Shown one piece after another: positions 1 through 8,951 of a stretch of 41,347 bases of DNA. Origin of the DNA: Anaerolineales bacterium (lineage in GTDB: Bacteria > Chloroflexota > Anaerolineae > Anaerolineales > Villigracilaceae); assembly GCA_035471605.1 (NCBI GenBank), contig DATIPW010000057.1, forward strand, positions 1 to 41,347. Reading direction: 5' to 3'. The number at the start of each line of letters is the position of its first letter. The stretch's first letter is position 1. Position numbers and translations under genes: made by a program. The notes beneath the pieces were generated by a model. That model saw only the letters and a program-made list of their open reading frames with translations. It made no database searches and had not been told where the DNA came from.

Positions 1-947
1 GCGCCCCGCAGCACCGTTTTCAGATACGGATTGACGCCCAGCTGGTTGAAGACGGTGTCCAGAACCCCAAAGATCAGCACCCCGGCGAGCGTGCCCCAGA
101 CGCCACCCTTGCCGCCGGAGAGAGCCGTTCCTCCGACGACAGTGGTGGCGATCGATTCAAGATCGTAGATGCCGTCGGGGCCCACCCAGGGTGCTCCAGA
201 CTGCAGGCGGCTTACCAGGAAGACGCCCGTCAACACGGCGGACATGCTGCACAGAACGTGAGCCAGGATCACGATGCGGTCTGTCCGCAGCCCGGAGAGC
301 CGCGCGACCTCCGCGCTCCCGCCCACCCCATACAGGTGAGCTCCGAACTTGGTGCGGGTGAGCAACAGCCAGCCAGCGATCACGATGATGAGCAGCACAA
401 AGATCGAGACCGGAATCAAGTTGAAGAGTTTTGCATAGCCAAAGAATTGAAAGCTCTTTGGCACGCTGCCGGTGTAGTTGGAGAAAGAGGCGTTAATCCC
501 ACCTGCGAGAAACAGGCTCATTCCGAGAGTGGCTATGAAGGCATTGACGTTCAGCTTGGTGATCACGAGACCATTGATCAGTCCAACGAGAGCGCCGATC
601 GCAAAGACGATCACGATCGCCAGGGGCACCCTGGCCGGATCACCCTGCATGATGTAGGAAGACAGGACGGCCGTGACGCTGATCAGATACGCCACCGAGA
701 GGTCGATCGAGGCGCCGACGATTACCAGGGTCTGGCCCACGGCCACAATGCCCAAGGCCACGGAACGGACGATGATGTTGAGGACGATATTCGGATTGGT
801 AAAGATCTGGCCGTCCGAAAAGATCTGATCCAGTACGCCGCCGATCAGGAAAATGACGATCAGGAAGATGTAGACCGGCGGGATCCGGACGGCCCGCAGT
901 GCCCGAGAGAAACTGCTGCTGGGGGCGGTGGTTGCAGTGGTGGCCAT
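1..947 (-). CDS. Sugar ABC transporter permease (RbsC/XylH type); C-terminus runs off the window edge
   Basis: Absent from the ORF track because it is open at the edge. Manual minus-strand translation from ATG 947..945 gives MATTATTAPSSSFSRALRAVRIPPVYIFLIVIF...GQTLVIVGASIDLSVAYL...ITKLNVNAFIATLGM...GGTALSGGKGGVWGTLAGVLIFG. It is multi-TM and ribose/xylose-permease-like. The ATG lies 1 nt after the ATPase stop (951..949). Plus ORF 258..1007 is its antisense shadow. Confidence 0.85.
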   Translation of the reverse strand, partial: MATTATTAPSSSFSRALRAVRIPPVYIFLIVIFLIGGVLDQIFSDGQIFTNPNIVLNIIVRSVALGIVAVGQTLVIVGASIDLSVAYLISVTAVLSSYIMQGDPARVPLAIVIVFAIGALVGLINGLVITKLNVNAFIATLGMSLFLAGGINASFSNYTGSVPKSFQFFGYAKLFNLIPVSIFVLLIIVIAGWLLLTRTKFGAHLYGVGGSAEVARLSGLRTDRIVILAHVLCSMSAVLTGVFLVSRLQSGAPWVGPDGIYDLESIATTVVGGTALSGGKGGVWGTLAGVLIFGVLDTVFNQLGVNPYLKTVLRG

Positions 948-948
948 A

Positions 949-2553
949 CTATTCCTTTCCCTGCGCCGATTTATCGTTGCCGCCGTGACCGGTGGCCATC
1001 AACATGATGTCCTGCTCGCTCGACCTGGCAGGCAGCTGGCCGGCTACGCGGCCATCCCACATCACCAGGATGCGGTCGCTCATTCCCACGACCTCGGGCA
1101 GCTCTGACGAGATCATCATTACCGCGATGCCCTTGCGGGTGAGGTCGCGGATCATGTCGTGGATGCTGGCCTTGGATTCGACGTCGATGCCTCGGGTGGG
1201 CTCATCGAAGACGAAGACATCTGCCTCTGAAGCCAGCCACTTGGCCAGCACGACCTTCTGCTGGTTTCCACCACTGAGGAACTGGGCCTCGCGATCAAAC
1301 GAGTCTGTACGGATATCCACCTGCGTGCCCAGCATGGGGACCAGCTTTCGCGATCTGCGAACACCATCCCGCTGGATGGCGCCGAAGATCGACTCGATGG
1401 CGCGCACCGTGAGAAGCATATTGTCGCGGATCGACTGCCTGGGAGCAATACCCTCGCTCTTGCGGTCCTCAGTGACAAATCCCATCTTGTTCTTGATGGC
1501 CTTGGTGGGATTGCCGACCGCGATCGCCTTGCCGTGGAGTTCCATGGTACCGGTCCGGAAGGGCGCAACTCCAAACAGGGCTTGGGCAAGCTCGGTGCGG
1601 CCTGAACCCTGCAGGCCTGCGACGCCCAATACCTCTCCCCTGCGAAGCTCAAAAGTAATGCCTTTCAGGAAGTGATTCCCGGCATCCTTGACCCTCAGGA
1701 CCACCTCCCCAAGCTCTTCGGGGGTCCCCAGTGGAGGGAAGTAGTGATCCAGAGTGCGACCGACCATGAGAAAGACCACGTCCGCAGGTTGAACCTCTTC
1801 TGTGTTGACGGTCTTGACCAGTTGGCCATCTTTCAGTACCGAAATCCTCTCGGCGATGTCGAAGACTTCAGGCAGCCGGTGGGAGATGAAGACGATCGCC
1901 ATACCGCGAGCCTTGAGTCGTCTTATCAGGTCATAGAGCAGCTGCACTTCCGTATAGGTTAGCGCCGCCGTGGGCTCGTCCATGATGAGAACTCTGGCAT
2001 TCAGTGAGATGGCCTTGGCAATCTCCACTAGCTGCTGCTCTGCCACTGAGAGGCCGCTGACAACGGCAGTGGGCGAAATCATCTTGTTCACGCCGAGTTC
2101 TTGCAGCACGGCCGTAGCCTGCGCATTCATGCGTCGGACGTCGATCACGCCTAGTCGGGATGGCTCGCGTCCGATGAAGATGTTATGGGCCACAGTCCGG
2201 TCGGGGAGCAGATTGAATTCCTGGTACATGATGCTGATGCCCTTGCGCTGCGCCTCGACAGGGTGGGAAAACGCAACCCGTTTCCCTTCCAGGAGGATCT
2301 GTCCCGCATCGGGGACATAGGCGCCCGACATGATCTTCATCAGTGTCGACTTGCCGGCGCCGTTCTCTCCGACCACGGCGTGGATCTCACCTGCCATGAA
2401 TTGGAGACTCACATCATGCAAAGCCTCCACGCCGGGGAAGCGCTTGGTGATGTGCTGCACCTCCAGCAATGGCTGCACTTGGCTCTTCTGGACCTTGGAG
2501 TTATCCGTTTTGCCTTTTGCCATTTGGACCTCGTCTTCTGCAGGCAATGTCAT
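949..2553 (-). CDS. Sugar ABC transporter ATP-binding protein, duplicated NBD (RbsA/MglA/XylG type)
   Basis: First NBD has Walker A GENGAGKST, an LSVAEQQ signature and LIMDEPTAAL. The second NBD has LSGGNQQK and FVFDEPTRGID. Start chosen at ATG 2553..2551, which overlaps the upstream stop in an ATGA. ATG 2523..2521 (MAKGKTDN..) is an equally plausible alternative. Confidence 0.9.
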   Translation of the reverse strand: MTLPAEDEVQMAKGKTDNSKVQKSQVQPLLEVQHITKRFPGVEALHDVSLQFMAGEIHAVVGENGAGKSTLMKIMSGAYVPDAGQILLEGKRVAFSHPVEAQRKGISIMYQEFNLLPDRTVAHNIFIGREPSRLGVIDVRRMNAQATAVLQELGVNKMISPTAVVSGLSVAEQQLVEIAKAISLNARVLIMDEPTAALTYTEVQLLYDLIRRLKARGMAIVFISHRLPEVFDIAERISVLKDGQLVKTVNTEEVQPADVVFLMVGRTLDHYFPPLGTPEELGEVVLRVKDAGNHFLKGITFELRRGEVLGVAGLQGSGRTELAQALFGVAPFRTGTMELHGKAIAVGNPTKAIKNKMGFVTEDRKSEGIAPRQSIRDNMLLTVRAIESIFGAIQRDGVRRSRKLVPMLGTQVDIRTDSFDREAQFLSGGNQQKVVLAKWLASEADVFVFDEPTRGIDVESKASIHDMIRDLTRKGIAVMMISSELPEVVGMSDRILVMWDGRVAGQLPARSSEQDIMLMATGHGGNDKSAQGKE

Positions 2554-3398
2554 GCGAGGATCGACTTCAGGAACTGCAGTCCCTGGGATGCAATCGCGTC
2601 TTGGCTGGGGGCAATCTTGCGCCAAATGCATACTGCTCGGGCGATCTCGCTAACCTCGGACGTGAACGACTCAATCACCACGGGACCTGAATACTTGATC
2701 TCTTTGAGTGCGGACGCCACCTCCTGCCAGCGCACCTGCCCTGTCCCAGGGATGCCGCGATCATTCTCGCACGCGTGGAAGTGGAAGATCCGATCTGAAG
2801 CCTTGCGAATCGCAGCACTGCTGCTCCGTTCTTCCAGATGCATGTGGAAGGTATCCAGGTGCAGCCCAACGTTGGGCTTGCCAACCTGATCAATGAAGTC
2901 TAAGGCCTGATCCACGATGTTGATCATGTCCGTTTCGAACCGGTTCAGAGGCTCCAGCGCAAGGCGCACACCCATTTCACCGGCGATCTTCGCCATTTCG
3001 CGGACTCCGCTCACGGCGCGCTCCCACTCGGCCCGGCGCGCGGACTCGTCATCCAGGTGTGCCTTGCCCACGCCAGAATACATCGGCCCGCAGACGGTCG
3101 ATGAACCCAGCGCAGCCGCGGCATCGATCAGCCAGCGGATGTAGGTCTTGGAGGCGTTCGAGATCGCGGGGTCCTCATTTGCCAGGTCGCGGTCCGGTCC
3201 CCATGCACCGCAGACCACAGCTTCCAACCCGTGCTCTGCCAGGCTCCGCTTGATCTCTGGCAGATCGATCGATTGAGGTGACTCAAAGGCAAGCTCAAGA
3301 ATGTCAAAGCCCATGGTCTTCACCTTGGGCGCCAACTTCAGGGCTGCCGCGGTATCTAATGGAGAAACCCACACAAACGTGTTGACGCCAAACCTCAC
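2550..3398 (-). CDS. Ketose 3-epimerase-like enzyme (D-tagatose/D-psicose 3-epimerase family, xylose-isomerase-like TIM barrel)
   Basis: LALEPLNRFETDMIN, GLHLDTFHMHLEE, HFHACENDRGIPGTG and VVIESF match the four metal-ligand blocks I recall for DTE/DPE-family epimerases. The GTG start overlaps the ROK stop (GTGA). Confidence 0.75.
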   Translation of the reverse strand: MRFGVNTFVWVSPLDTAAALKLAPKVKTMGFDILELAFESPQSIDLPEIKRSLAEHGLEAVVCGAWGPDRDLANEDPAISNASKTYIRWLIDAAAALGSSTVCGPMYSGVGKAHLDDESARRAEWERAVSGVREMAKIAGEMGVRLALEPLNRFETDMINIVDQALDFIDQVGKPNVGLHLDTFHMHLEERSSSAAIRKASDRIFHFHACENDRGIPGTGQVRWQEVASALKEIKYSGPVVIESFTSEVSEIARAVCIWRKIAPSQDAIASQGLQFLKSILA

Positions 3399-4726
3399 GG
3401 CCGCCCACCTTCCTCGTCTCGGGTCTCGCCGGGACCCTCCGGAACAATGGCAAGGACGTAGTCCAGGCCGAGGCCTATGGCACCAAGCATTCCTGCATCC
3501 GGGCCGATACCCGAAAAGACAATCTGGAGATTGCGGGTCGCCAGTGGCAGGGATCTCTTGAACACCGCCTGCCGGATGGACGACAGCAGCAAGTCTCCCA
3601 GGTTGCTCACCCCTCCGCCGATGACGATCATGTCTGGGTTGTAAAAGTTCACCAGGGCTGCCAGAACTTCCCCTACCAGCCGCCCGCTTTCGCGCACGAC
3701 CTCGATCGCAAACGCATCACCTTGCTGGGCGGCGACGCCAACATCCTGGGCTCCCAGCACATTCCCATTGCTCTCATACCGTTGCATCAGGGCCGGGCTA
3801 CGGCCGGCGCGGGCGCCCGCCAAGGCCCGCTCAGCAATACCTGCCCCGCCCGCGATTTTCTCCAAGCAGCCCTTGTTGCCGCACGGACACATCGGGCCGT
3901 TCTTGTCCACGCAAATGTGGCCGATATCGCCGGCGCACCCGCTGGAGCCTCGATAGATGCGCCCTTCACAGACTATGCCGGCACCGATTCCTGTGCCCAT
4001 CTTCACCGAGATCACGTGGTCAGCCCCGCGAGCCGCTCCCTGCCTCATCTCACCCAAGGCCATCACATTCACATCATTGTCCACAACGACATTGGCGAAG
4101 GGGAACCACTGCTGCACAGTATCTGCAATCGGATAGCGATCCCAGCCCGGCATGATCGGCGGCGAGACCACTGTTCCGGCAGAGAAATCCACCGGCCCTG
4201 GTACGCCAATGCCGATGCCCATCACGTTTTCGGCCGCCAAACCATTCTTGGCGAGCCAGCCCTCGAGGAGCGCGCAGGCGCGGCCCAGCGTGCAGATGGG
4301 CCCGTCTTGGACAACTGCGGGCTCGGAGTGCTTGACCAGCAGTTTCCCGGAAAAATCAGCAATCCCGAGGTCGAAGTCGATCGCGCCGATCTGAATGCCG
4401 GCCACCACACCAAGCTTCTCATTCAGCCGGAATGACTTCGAGCGTCGGCCCCCTGAGTACTCCGTGGATGTATTGGCGACCAGGATGGATTTGCTGAGCA
4501 GGGAGTCGATGCAACCTGTGATCTTCGTACGCGAGAAGTCGGTAAACGCGACAAGGCTTGACTTGGTGAGCTCACCCTCTCGGCGAAGCAGCTCGACCAG
4601 CGCATTCTCGGCGGTCGATATCGATTTCCGCCGCGGCAGTTTTGCAGCCCGATCCAACCACCCCGGCATGGAGCTTGATGCAACTTCCCGGGGTCCCTTG
4701 TGAGTCACGCCTCGAGCAATGCCCAT
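3395..4726 (-). CDS. ROK-family transcriptional regulator (N-terminal winged HTH plus sugar-kinase-like domain)
   Basis: HTH-like ALVELLRREGELTKSSLVAFTDFSRTKITGCIDSLL. ROK blocks are GIGVPGPVD, DNDVNVMALGE and the Zn motif CPCGNKGCLE. The maximal ORF reaches 4759 (GTG). ATG 4726..4724 is preferred because it is preceded by AAGAGGA. Confidence 0.85.
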   Translation of the reverse strand: MGIARGVTHKGPREVASSSMPGWLDRAAKLPRRKSISTAENALVELLRREGELTKSSLVAFTDFSRTKITGCIDSLLSKSILVANTSTEYSGGRRSKSFRLNEKLGVVAGIQIGAIDFDLGIADFSGKLLVKHSEPAVVQDGPICTLGRACALLEGWLAKNGLAAENVMGIGIGVPGPVDFSAGTVVSPPIMPGWDRYPIADTVQQWFPFANVVVDNDVNVMALGEMRQGAARGADHVISVKMGTGIGAGIVCEGRIYRGSSGCAGDIGHICVDKNGPMCPCGNKGCLEKIAGGAGIAERALAGARAGRSPALMQRYESNGNVLGAQDVGVAAQQGDAFAIEVVRESGRLVGEVLAALVNFYNPDMIVIGGGVSNLGDLLLSSIRQAVFKRSLPLATRNLQIVFSGIGPDAGMLGAIGLGLDYVLAIVPEGPGETRDEEGGRP

Positions 4727-4884
4727 TGCTGGCTTCGGTCCTCTTCTTTTCCGAGGCACAAGATGCGCCTCGGTACTCGTGGGCAGGGCTACAGACCACT
4801 AAGGCTTGGCTGAGACTTTGCAGTGGTTCTTCGCGGGGAACTATCTTGGACCGGTAAGCCGTGAGAACGTGTGCGCCAGGGAAA

Positions 4885-4949
4885 GTAATTACATCATCAC
4901 ATGATTCTTAGGGAAAAGGCTCTCTATGTCAATATGTTATGTGTCACAT
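4885..4949 (-). promoter_or_regulatory. Candidate internal promoter for the ROK/epimerase/ABC sub-operon, with flanking small palindromes
   Basis: The minus strand reads TTGACA (4932..4927), 17 nt, AAGAAT (4909..4904). Palindrome ATGTG-T-CACAT (4939..4949) lies just upstream. Palindrome GTAATTAC (4885..4892) lies about 12 nt downstream of the -10. Confidence 0.3.
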
Positions 4950-5042
4950 TGCGCTAGTTTCGTCTATCAGCGTCATAACTGGCGGGAGACTACGCGAAAA
5001 ACGCCGCCTACTGCTTTCGGCCCTTGGCAGAAAGCCCGTGCC

Positions 5043-6371
5043 CTAGTTGCTGACGCACTCAAGGTCAAAAACCTTCGAAATCGTTCTCAAGTCCTCCAAG
5101 TTGTGGCCTCTCGTCAAAATATAGTGGTGGGAAACCAAGTCCGCCACCAAGCGTTTGCCATTGGGCACTCTGATCACAGCGCCGTTGAGACAATGCGAGT
5201 TCTTGAAACCAGCATACTTGGGAAGCGCTCCCTCGACGACGGACCAACGATCAAAGGGCGGCATGAGCTTAACAAGGGTAATCTCGCCCTCGGCCAAGCG
5301 GGCGTCAATGGCAGTGGCGTTGTCATCCACGATTGCCAGAACCTTCGGCTTCAGCCTCCACTCAGTAGAAAACGATTGGGGCACCACGCCAAGGTAACCG
5401 CAGTGTGCCGCCAAGATGTGGTCTTCCGTACGACCGTCGACTGCGGGGAAGTGAGGAATGTGCTCATGCTTCAGGGCCGCGTCCCCCATTTCGAAGGGGT
5501 ACAGGTTGGTCATCATGAAAGGCACACCCAGCGTCTTGCCGATCAGGATCTTGGTGAGCATGGATATCAGGTCCGCCTCGCAACCCCAGACCATGCGCTG
5601 ATCCTCGAACAGGAAGTTCCAGGCCAAGCAGGGGGTGGTATCCGAGTACATGGACTCATTGAGGCAGTTGATGCCGACCGCGATGACGCTGGGATCACGA
5701 TCCAGCTCGGCCTTGACGGCCAGGTACATCTTCACCGCGCTTAGGACCGCGCTGTCCTTGAGGCGAGAGATGGGAGTCCTACCCTTGCGCCTCGCCCACT
5801 CAGCACGTGCCGCCTCCTCCGGGATGGCACGCGCAGCGGCTGCCAGCTTCTTGAAGCTCCTCTTCACCACCTTCACGCCGTAGCGCGTCTCGATCTCCTG
5901 GACGCATTGCGGCTCCCACCAGTAGAAGCGTTTGAAAATGGGATCTTGCTGACCCTGGCTGGCGGGGTGGTCCTGGAAGACGAGCAGCTTGGAACGCTTG
6001 AGCTGCCGCTTCAGGGCGAAGGCACGGCATGCCTGGCGGGTCTTCTCCAGACTAGTCGGTCCTATGACCCGCACGCCCCGGGCCGTGAGAAAACTATTGA
6101 TTTCCCAATCCCACATCGACACGGTTCCGAATTCGGAGGTCACCACCAGGAGCGGCTGGGGGAGTCTCTTGAACTTCTCCAGGAGCCCGTAGGCCTCGCC
6201 CAGCATCTGCGGAAAGATCACTGCATCGGCGGGTGGAACCCTGGCCCCGAGCTTGACGGGTGGCAGCAGATCGGCCTCATTGATCAGGAGTTGCTTCAGC
6301 TTGCCAAGCTGAGCCTCGAACTCGGAGTCGTTTGCGGACTTGAGGTAGAGGGGGACGATCCTGGCCTTCAT
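5043..6371 (-). CDS. L-fucose/L-arabinose isomerase-like sugar isomerase (divergent)
   Basis: 442 aa. WGCEADLISMLTKIL and AAHCGYLG resemble the acidic and His metal blocks of the FucI/AraA fold. The gene sits in a sugar operon. The family call rests on remembered motif similarity only. Confidence 0.5.
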   Translation of the reverse strand: MKARIVPLYLKSANDSEFEAQLGKLKQLLINEADLLPPVKLGARVPPADAVIFPQMLGEAYGLLEKFKRLPQPLLVVTSEFGTVSMWDWEINSFLTARGVRVIGPTSLEKTRQACRAFALKRQLKRSKLLVFQDHPASQGQQDPIFKRFYWWEPQCVQEIETRYGVKVVKRSFKKLAAAARAIPEEAARAEWARRKGRTPISRLKDSAVLSAVKMYLAVKAELDRDPSVIAVGINCLNESMYSDTTPCLAWNFLFEDQRMVWGCEADLISMLTKILIGKTLGVPFMMTNLYPFEMGDAALKHEHIPHFPAVDGRTEDHILAAHCGYLGVVPQSFSTEWRLKPKVLAIVDDNATAIDARLAEGEITLVKLMPPFDRWSVVEGALPKYAGFKNSHCLNGAVIRVPNGKRLVADLVSHHYILTRGHNLEDLRTISKVFDLECVSN

Positions 6372-6494
6372 GGCTACCGAAACCTTTCGTCAACCAAGCA
6401 ATCCCAGAAGAAGAAAATCACAGGGACGGGGAGCCACATCAACCCCGTCATGGCTCGGACAGGTTTCAAACCATCGCCCCCAAAGACCGGCTGC

Positions 6495-7658
6495 TCACCT
6501 AATATCTGAGACGTTCACCTTTTGCCCAGTCCTGGCCGAGATGATGGCGGCCTCCAGTACCTGCATGTCCTTCATGCCATCGAGCAGGTTGGGGGTAAGT
6601 TTGGCGCCCTTCTCCATGGCTTTCAGGAAGTCGGCCACCGCGTGCGTGAACTCGTGCTCGTAGCCGATGATGTGCCCCGGCGGCCACCACGCGGCGATGT
6701 AGGGATGGGTGGCGTTGGTAACCAAGATCGTGCGGAAACCCTGCTCATCGGCCGGATCTGCTAAGCTCAGGTATTGAAGCTCGTTCATGCGCTCGAGGTC
6801 GAAGGCCAGGCTGCCCTTGCTCCCGTAGATCTCGAAGTAGTTGTAGTTCTTTCGGCCGCTGGCGAACCGGCTCGCCTCGAATGCCCCCAGGGCGCCGTTC
6901 TCGAACTCGGCGACCATGAAGGCGGCGTCGTCGACCGTGACCTTGCCCTTCTCCGCGGCCGCCGTACCAGACTTGAACGTGCCAGCATCCTTTCCAGGCA
7001 GCGGACGCTCGGTAACGAAGGTCTTCGTCATCGCTGAGACGGCCTTGACCTCGCCTACCAGGTAGCGGGCCAGGTCCACGCTGTGCGAGTTCAGATCGTA
7101 GTGGGGCCCTGCGCCAGCGAACTTGCTCTGCAGGTGCCAAGTGAGAGGGAAGTCCGGATCAGTGATCCAGTCCTGCAGGTAGGTACCGCGCCAGTGGAAG
7201 ATCTGGCCGATCTTGCCCTCCTCGACAAGTTGGCGGGCAAATGCGATGGCAGGCGTGCGGCGGTAGTTGTGATTCAGATAGTGCAGAACGCCAGCCTTCT
7301 CCGCCGCCTCGTACATCTCCTTGGCCTCGGCGAAGTTCAGGGCGATCGGCTTCTCGCAGAAGATGTGCTTGCCATTGCGCGCGGCGGCGACCACGATGTC
7401 CTTGTGCAGGTACGTGGGTGTGCAGACGTCGATGATGTCGACGTCCTTGCGGTTAACAACACTCTGCCAGTCGCCCGCCGATTCTTCCCAGCCCCAGCGG
7501 CCCGCAAAATCGCTGGTGCCCTTTTCGTCCTGTCCGCAGGCCACCTTGAGCACCGGCGTGATGCCGACATCAAAGAACTTGGTGACGGAGGTCCACGCGT
7601 TGCTGTGGGCCTTGCCCATGAACTTGGTGCCGATTATGGCGACGTTGGCTTTCTTCAT
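6495..7658 (-). CDS. Gfo/Idh/MocA family NAD(P)-dependent oxidoreductase
   Basis: N-terminal Rossmann VAIIGTKFMGKAHSNAW and the family EKP motif (HIFCEKPIA). SD GAGGA lies upstream of ATG 7658. Confidence 0.9.
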   Translation of the reverse strand: MKKANVAIIGTKFMGKAHSNAWTSVTKFFDVGITPVLKVACGQDEKGTSDFAGRWGWEESAGDWQSVVNRKDVDIIDVCTPTYLHKDIVVAAARNGKHIFCEKPIALNFAEAKEMYEAAEKAGVLHYLNHNYRRTPAIAFARQLVEEGKIGQIFHWRGTYLQDWITDPDFPLTWHLQSKFAGAGPHYDLNSHSVDLARYLVGEVKAVSAMTKTFVTERPLPGKDAGTFKSGTAAAEKGKVTVDDAAFMVAEFENGALGAFEASRFASGRKNYNYFEIYGSKGSLAFDLERMNELQYLSLADPADEQGFRTILVTNATHPYIAAWWPPGHIIGYEHEFTHAVADFLKAMEKGAKLTPNLLDGMKDMQVLEAAIISARTGQKVNVSDIR

Positions 7659-7713
7659 GGGATCCTCGCTTTCCAGGCGTATCCGCGCTTGGGCTGCTCT
7701 GCCCAGGCATTTT

Positions 7714-8577
7714 CTAGTGGAGGGAGGCGGCGATCTTCTTCAGGGCTTTGATGCTGAGCTCGACCATGTCGTCTTCCTTACCCTCCCAGTCGGAGTGCGG
7801 GTGGTCGATCTCCACGGCCAAGAAGCCCTTGAAGTTGGCCTTGTGCAGCAGCTCCGCCAGGCGCTGGTTGTCAATCAGTCCGTCGCCGACCGGAACGCCC
7901 CCAAAGAAATACCAGTCCGTCGGGCTCGCCTTCTTGTCTGGCATAAGGTCTTTGACATGAGTGGCCATGACATGCGGCGCAAGTTTCTCCATCGCCGCGA
8001 TCGGGTCGTCCAGCAGGCGTAGGAAATTGCCGGTGTCGAAATTCAGGCCGAAGCTCGTCGAATTGACTTCGTTGATGAGCTGCAGCACTTCGTCGCCCGT
8101 GAAGTCGATGTGATTCTCTACCGCCATCTTGACGCCGTGGTCCTCGGCAACCTTGATGGCCTTCCTGAACATCTCGACAAGGGCCTTGATCTGCGGCCCG
8201 TGGGGCTCGTGGCGGAATGCCAGGCTGCTACCCACGACGCGCATCACATCCGCGCCAATGGCCTTGGCCTTCGGAATGCCCGCGACCATCTCCTCGTATG
8301 CAGTCCAGTTCTGCCCGCGCTCGAGTCCGTCGGGATGACCCCAGGCATAGACGCGGTCCAGTTTGTAATCGTCCAGTTGGGCCTTCAGATCCCTGAACCA
8401 CCCATCATCTGCCTTCACGGGGAAGAAGCAGGACTCCAACGATACGCCGTCGACTTTCAACTCCCGGGCTCGCTTGAGGAAATCCTGCATGCTCCATTCT
8501 TTTTCCGGTTTCTTCTGATCCGGATAGACCTCCCCAAAGAAACGGTGATAGCAATAGCTGTCGATTCCGACCTTCAT
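7714..8577 (-). CDS. Sugar phosphate isomerase/epimerase family protein (xylose-isomerase-like TIM barrel)
   Basis: AVENH, FDTGNF, THVKD and AVEIDH blocks are typical of the AP_endonuc_2/XI-like barrel. A strong SD AGGAGG precedes ATG 8577. It is the first gene of the minus-strand unit. Confidence 0.85.
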   Translation of the reverse strand: MKVGIDSYCYHRFFGEVYPDQKKPEKEWSMQDFLKRARELKVDGVSLESCFFPVKADDGWFRDLKAQLDDYKLDRVYAWGHPDGLERGQNWTAYEEMVAGIPKAKAIGADVMRVVGSSLAFRHEPHGPQIKALVEMFRKAIKVAEDHGVKMAVENHIDFTGDEVLQLINEVNSTSFGLNFDTGNFLRLLDDPIAAMEKLAPHVMATHVKDLMPDKKASPTDWYFFGGVPVGDGLIDNQRLAELLHKANFKGFLAVEIDHPHSDWEGKEDDMVELSIKALKKIAASLH

Positions 8578-8699
8578 CTGCGACCTCCTGGTATGGGTTG
8601 GATCCTGCCTGCCGACACCGAGCGATGTCCCTCAGGCTGGTGTGCAGCCACAAGCGTTGGTGCCCGGCTTCACACGGAAGCCACACCGCACAAATAAAC

Positions 8700-8748
8700 C
8701 TGTCATTACAGGATGACATTATTATACAGCCATCCGCCCGAAAAGCAA
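8700..8748 (-). promoter_or_regulatory. Promoter plus palindromic operator (op3) for the minus-strand sugar unit
   Basis: The minus strand reads TTGCTT (8748..8743), 16 nt, TATAAT (8726..8721), aa, TGTCAT-CCTGTA-ATGACA (8718..8701). The inverted repeat is related to the two operators at 8984 and 20508. Confidence 0.5.
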
Positions 8749-8951
8749 GGGCCACCCAATGTGCGGTTCCGCGCTGTACCTACAGGAATCCTTGGCTTGC
8801 CGGTCACGAATTCTGGTGGGCTGGTTCCCCGTGCCTATGCTGGATCGGACGATGCTTGCTGCCACGATCGGACACGTTTGGGACGCCGCGGCGCTGCGGA
8901 ACGGCCGGGGAGAGACCGATCGCCATCCGAGAACCTGAAATGCAAGCCCTA

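Noticed and set aside
258-1007. 249-aa plus-strand ORF rich in Asp, Arg, Gly and His
   Set aside because: It is antisense to a clear ABC permease frame and has a low-complexity composition typical of GC-rich shadow ORFs. It has no start context.
2554-2631. N-terminal extension of the ABC ATPase ORF (MHLAQDCPQPRRDC...)
   Set aside because: It would overlap the 3' end of the upstream epimerase gene by 82 nt. Internal starts at 2553 (ATGA coupling) or 2523 give a normal N-terminus.
5000-5040. Possible terminator after the FucI-like gene (GCTTTC-U-GCC-AAG-GGC-C-GAAAGC on the minus strand, with a TTTTT run 11 nt later)
   Set aside because: The stem contains a mismatch and the T run is not adjacent. 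This is too weak to annotate, although a transcript boundary here would fit the candidate promoter at 4904..4932.
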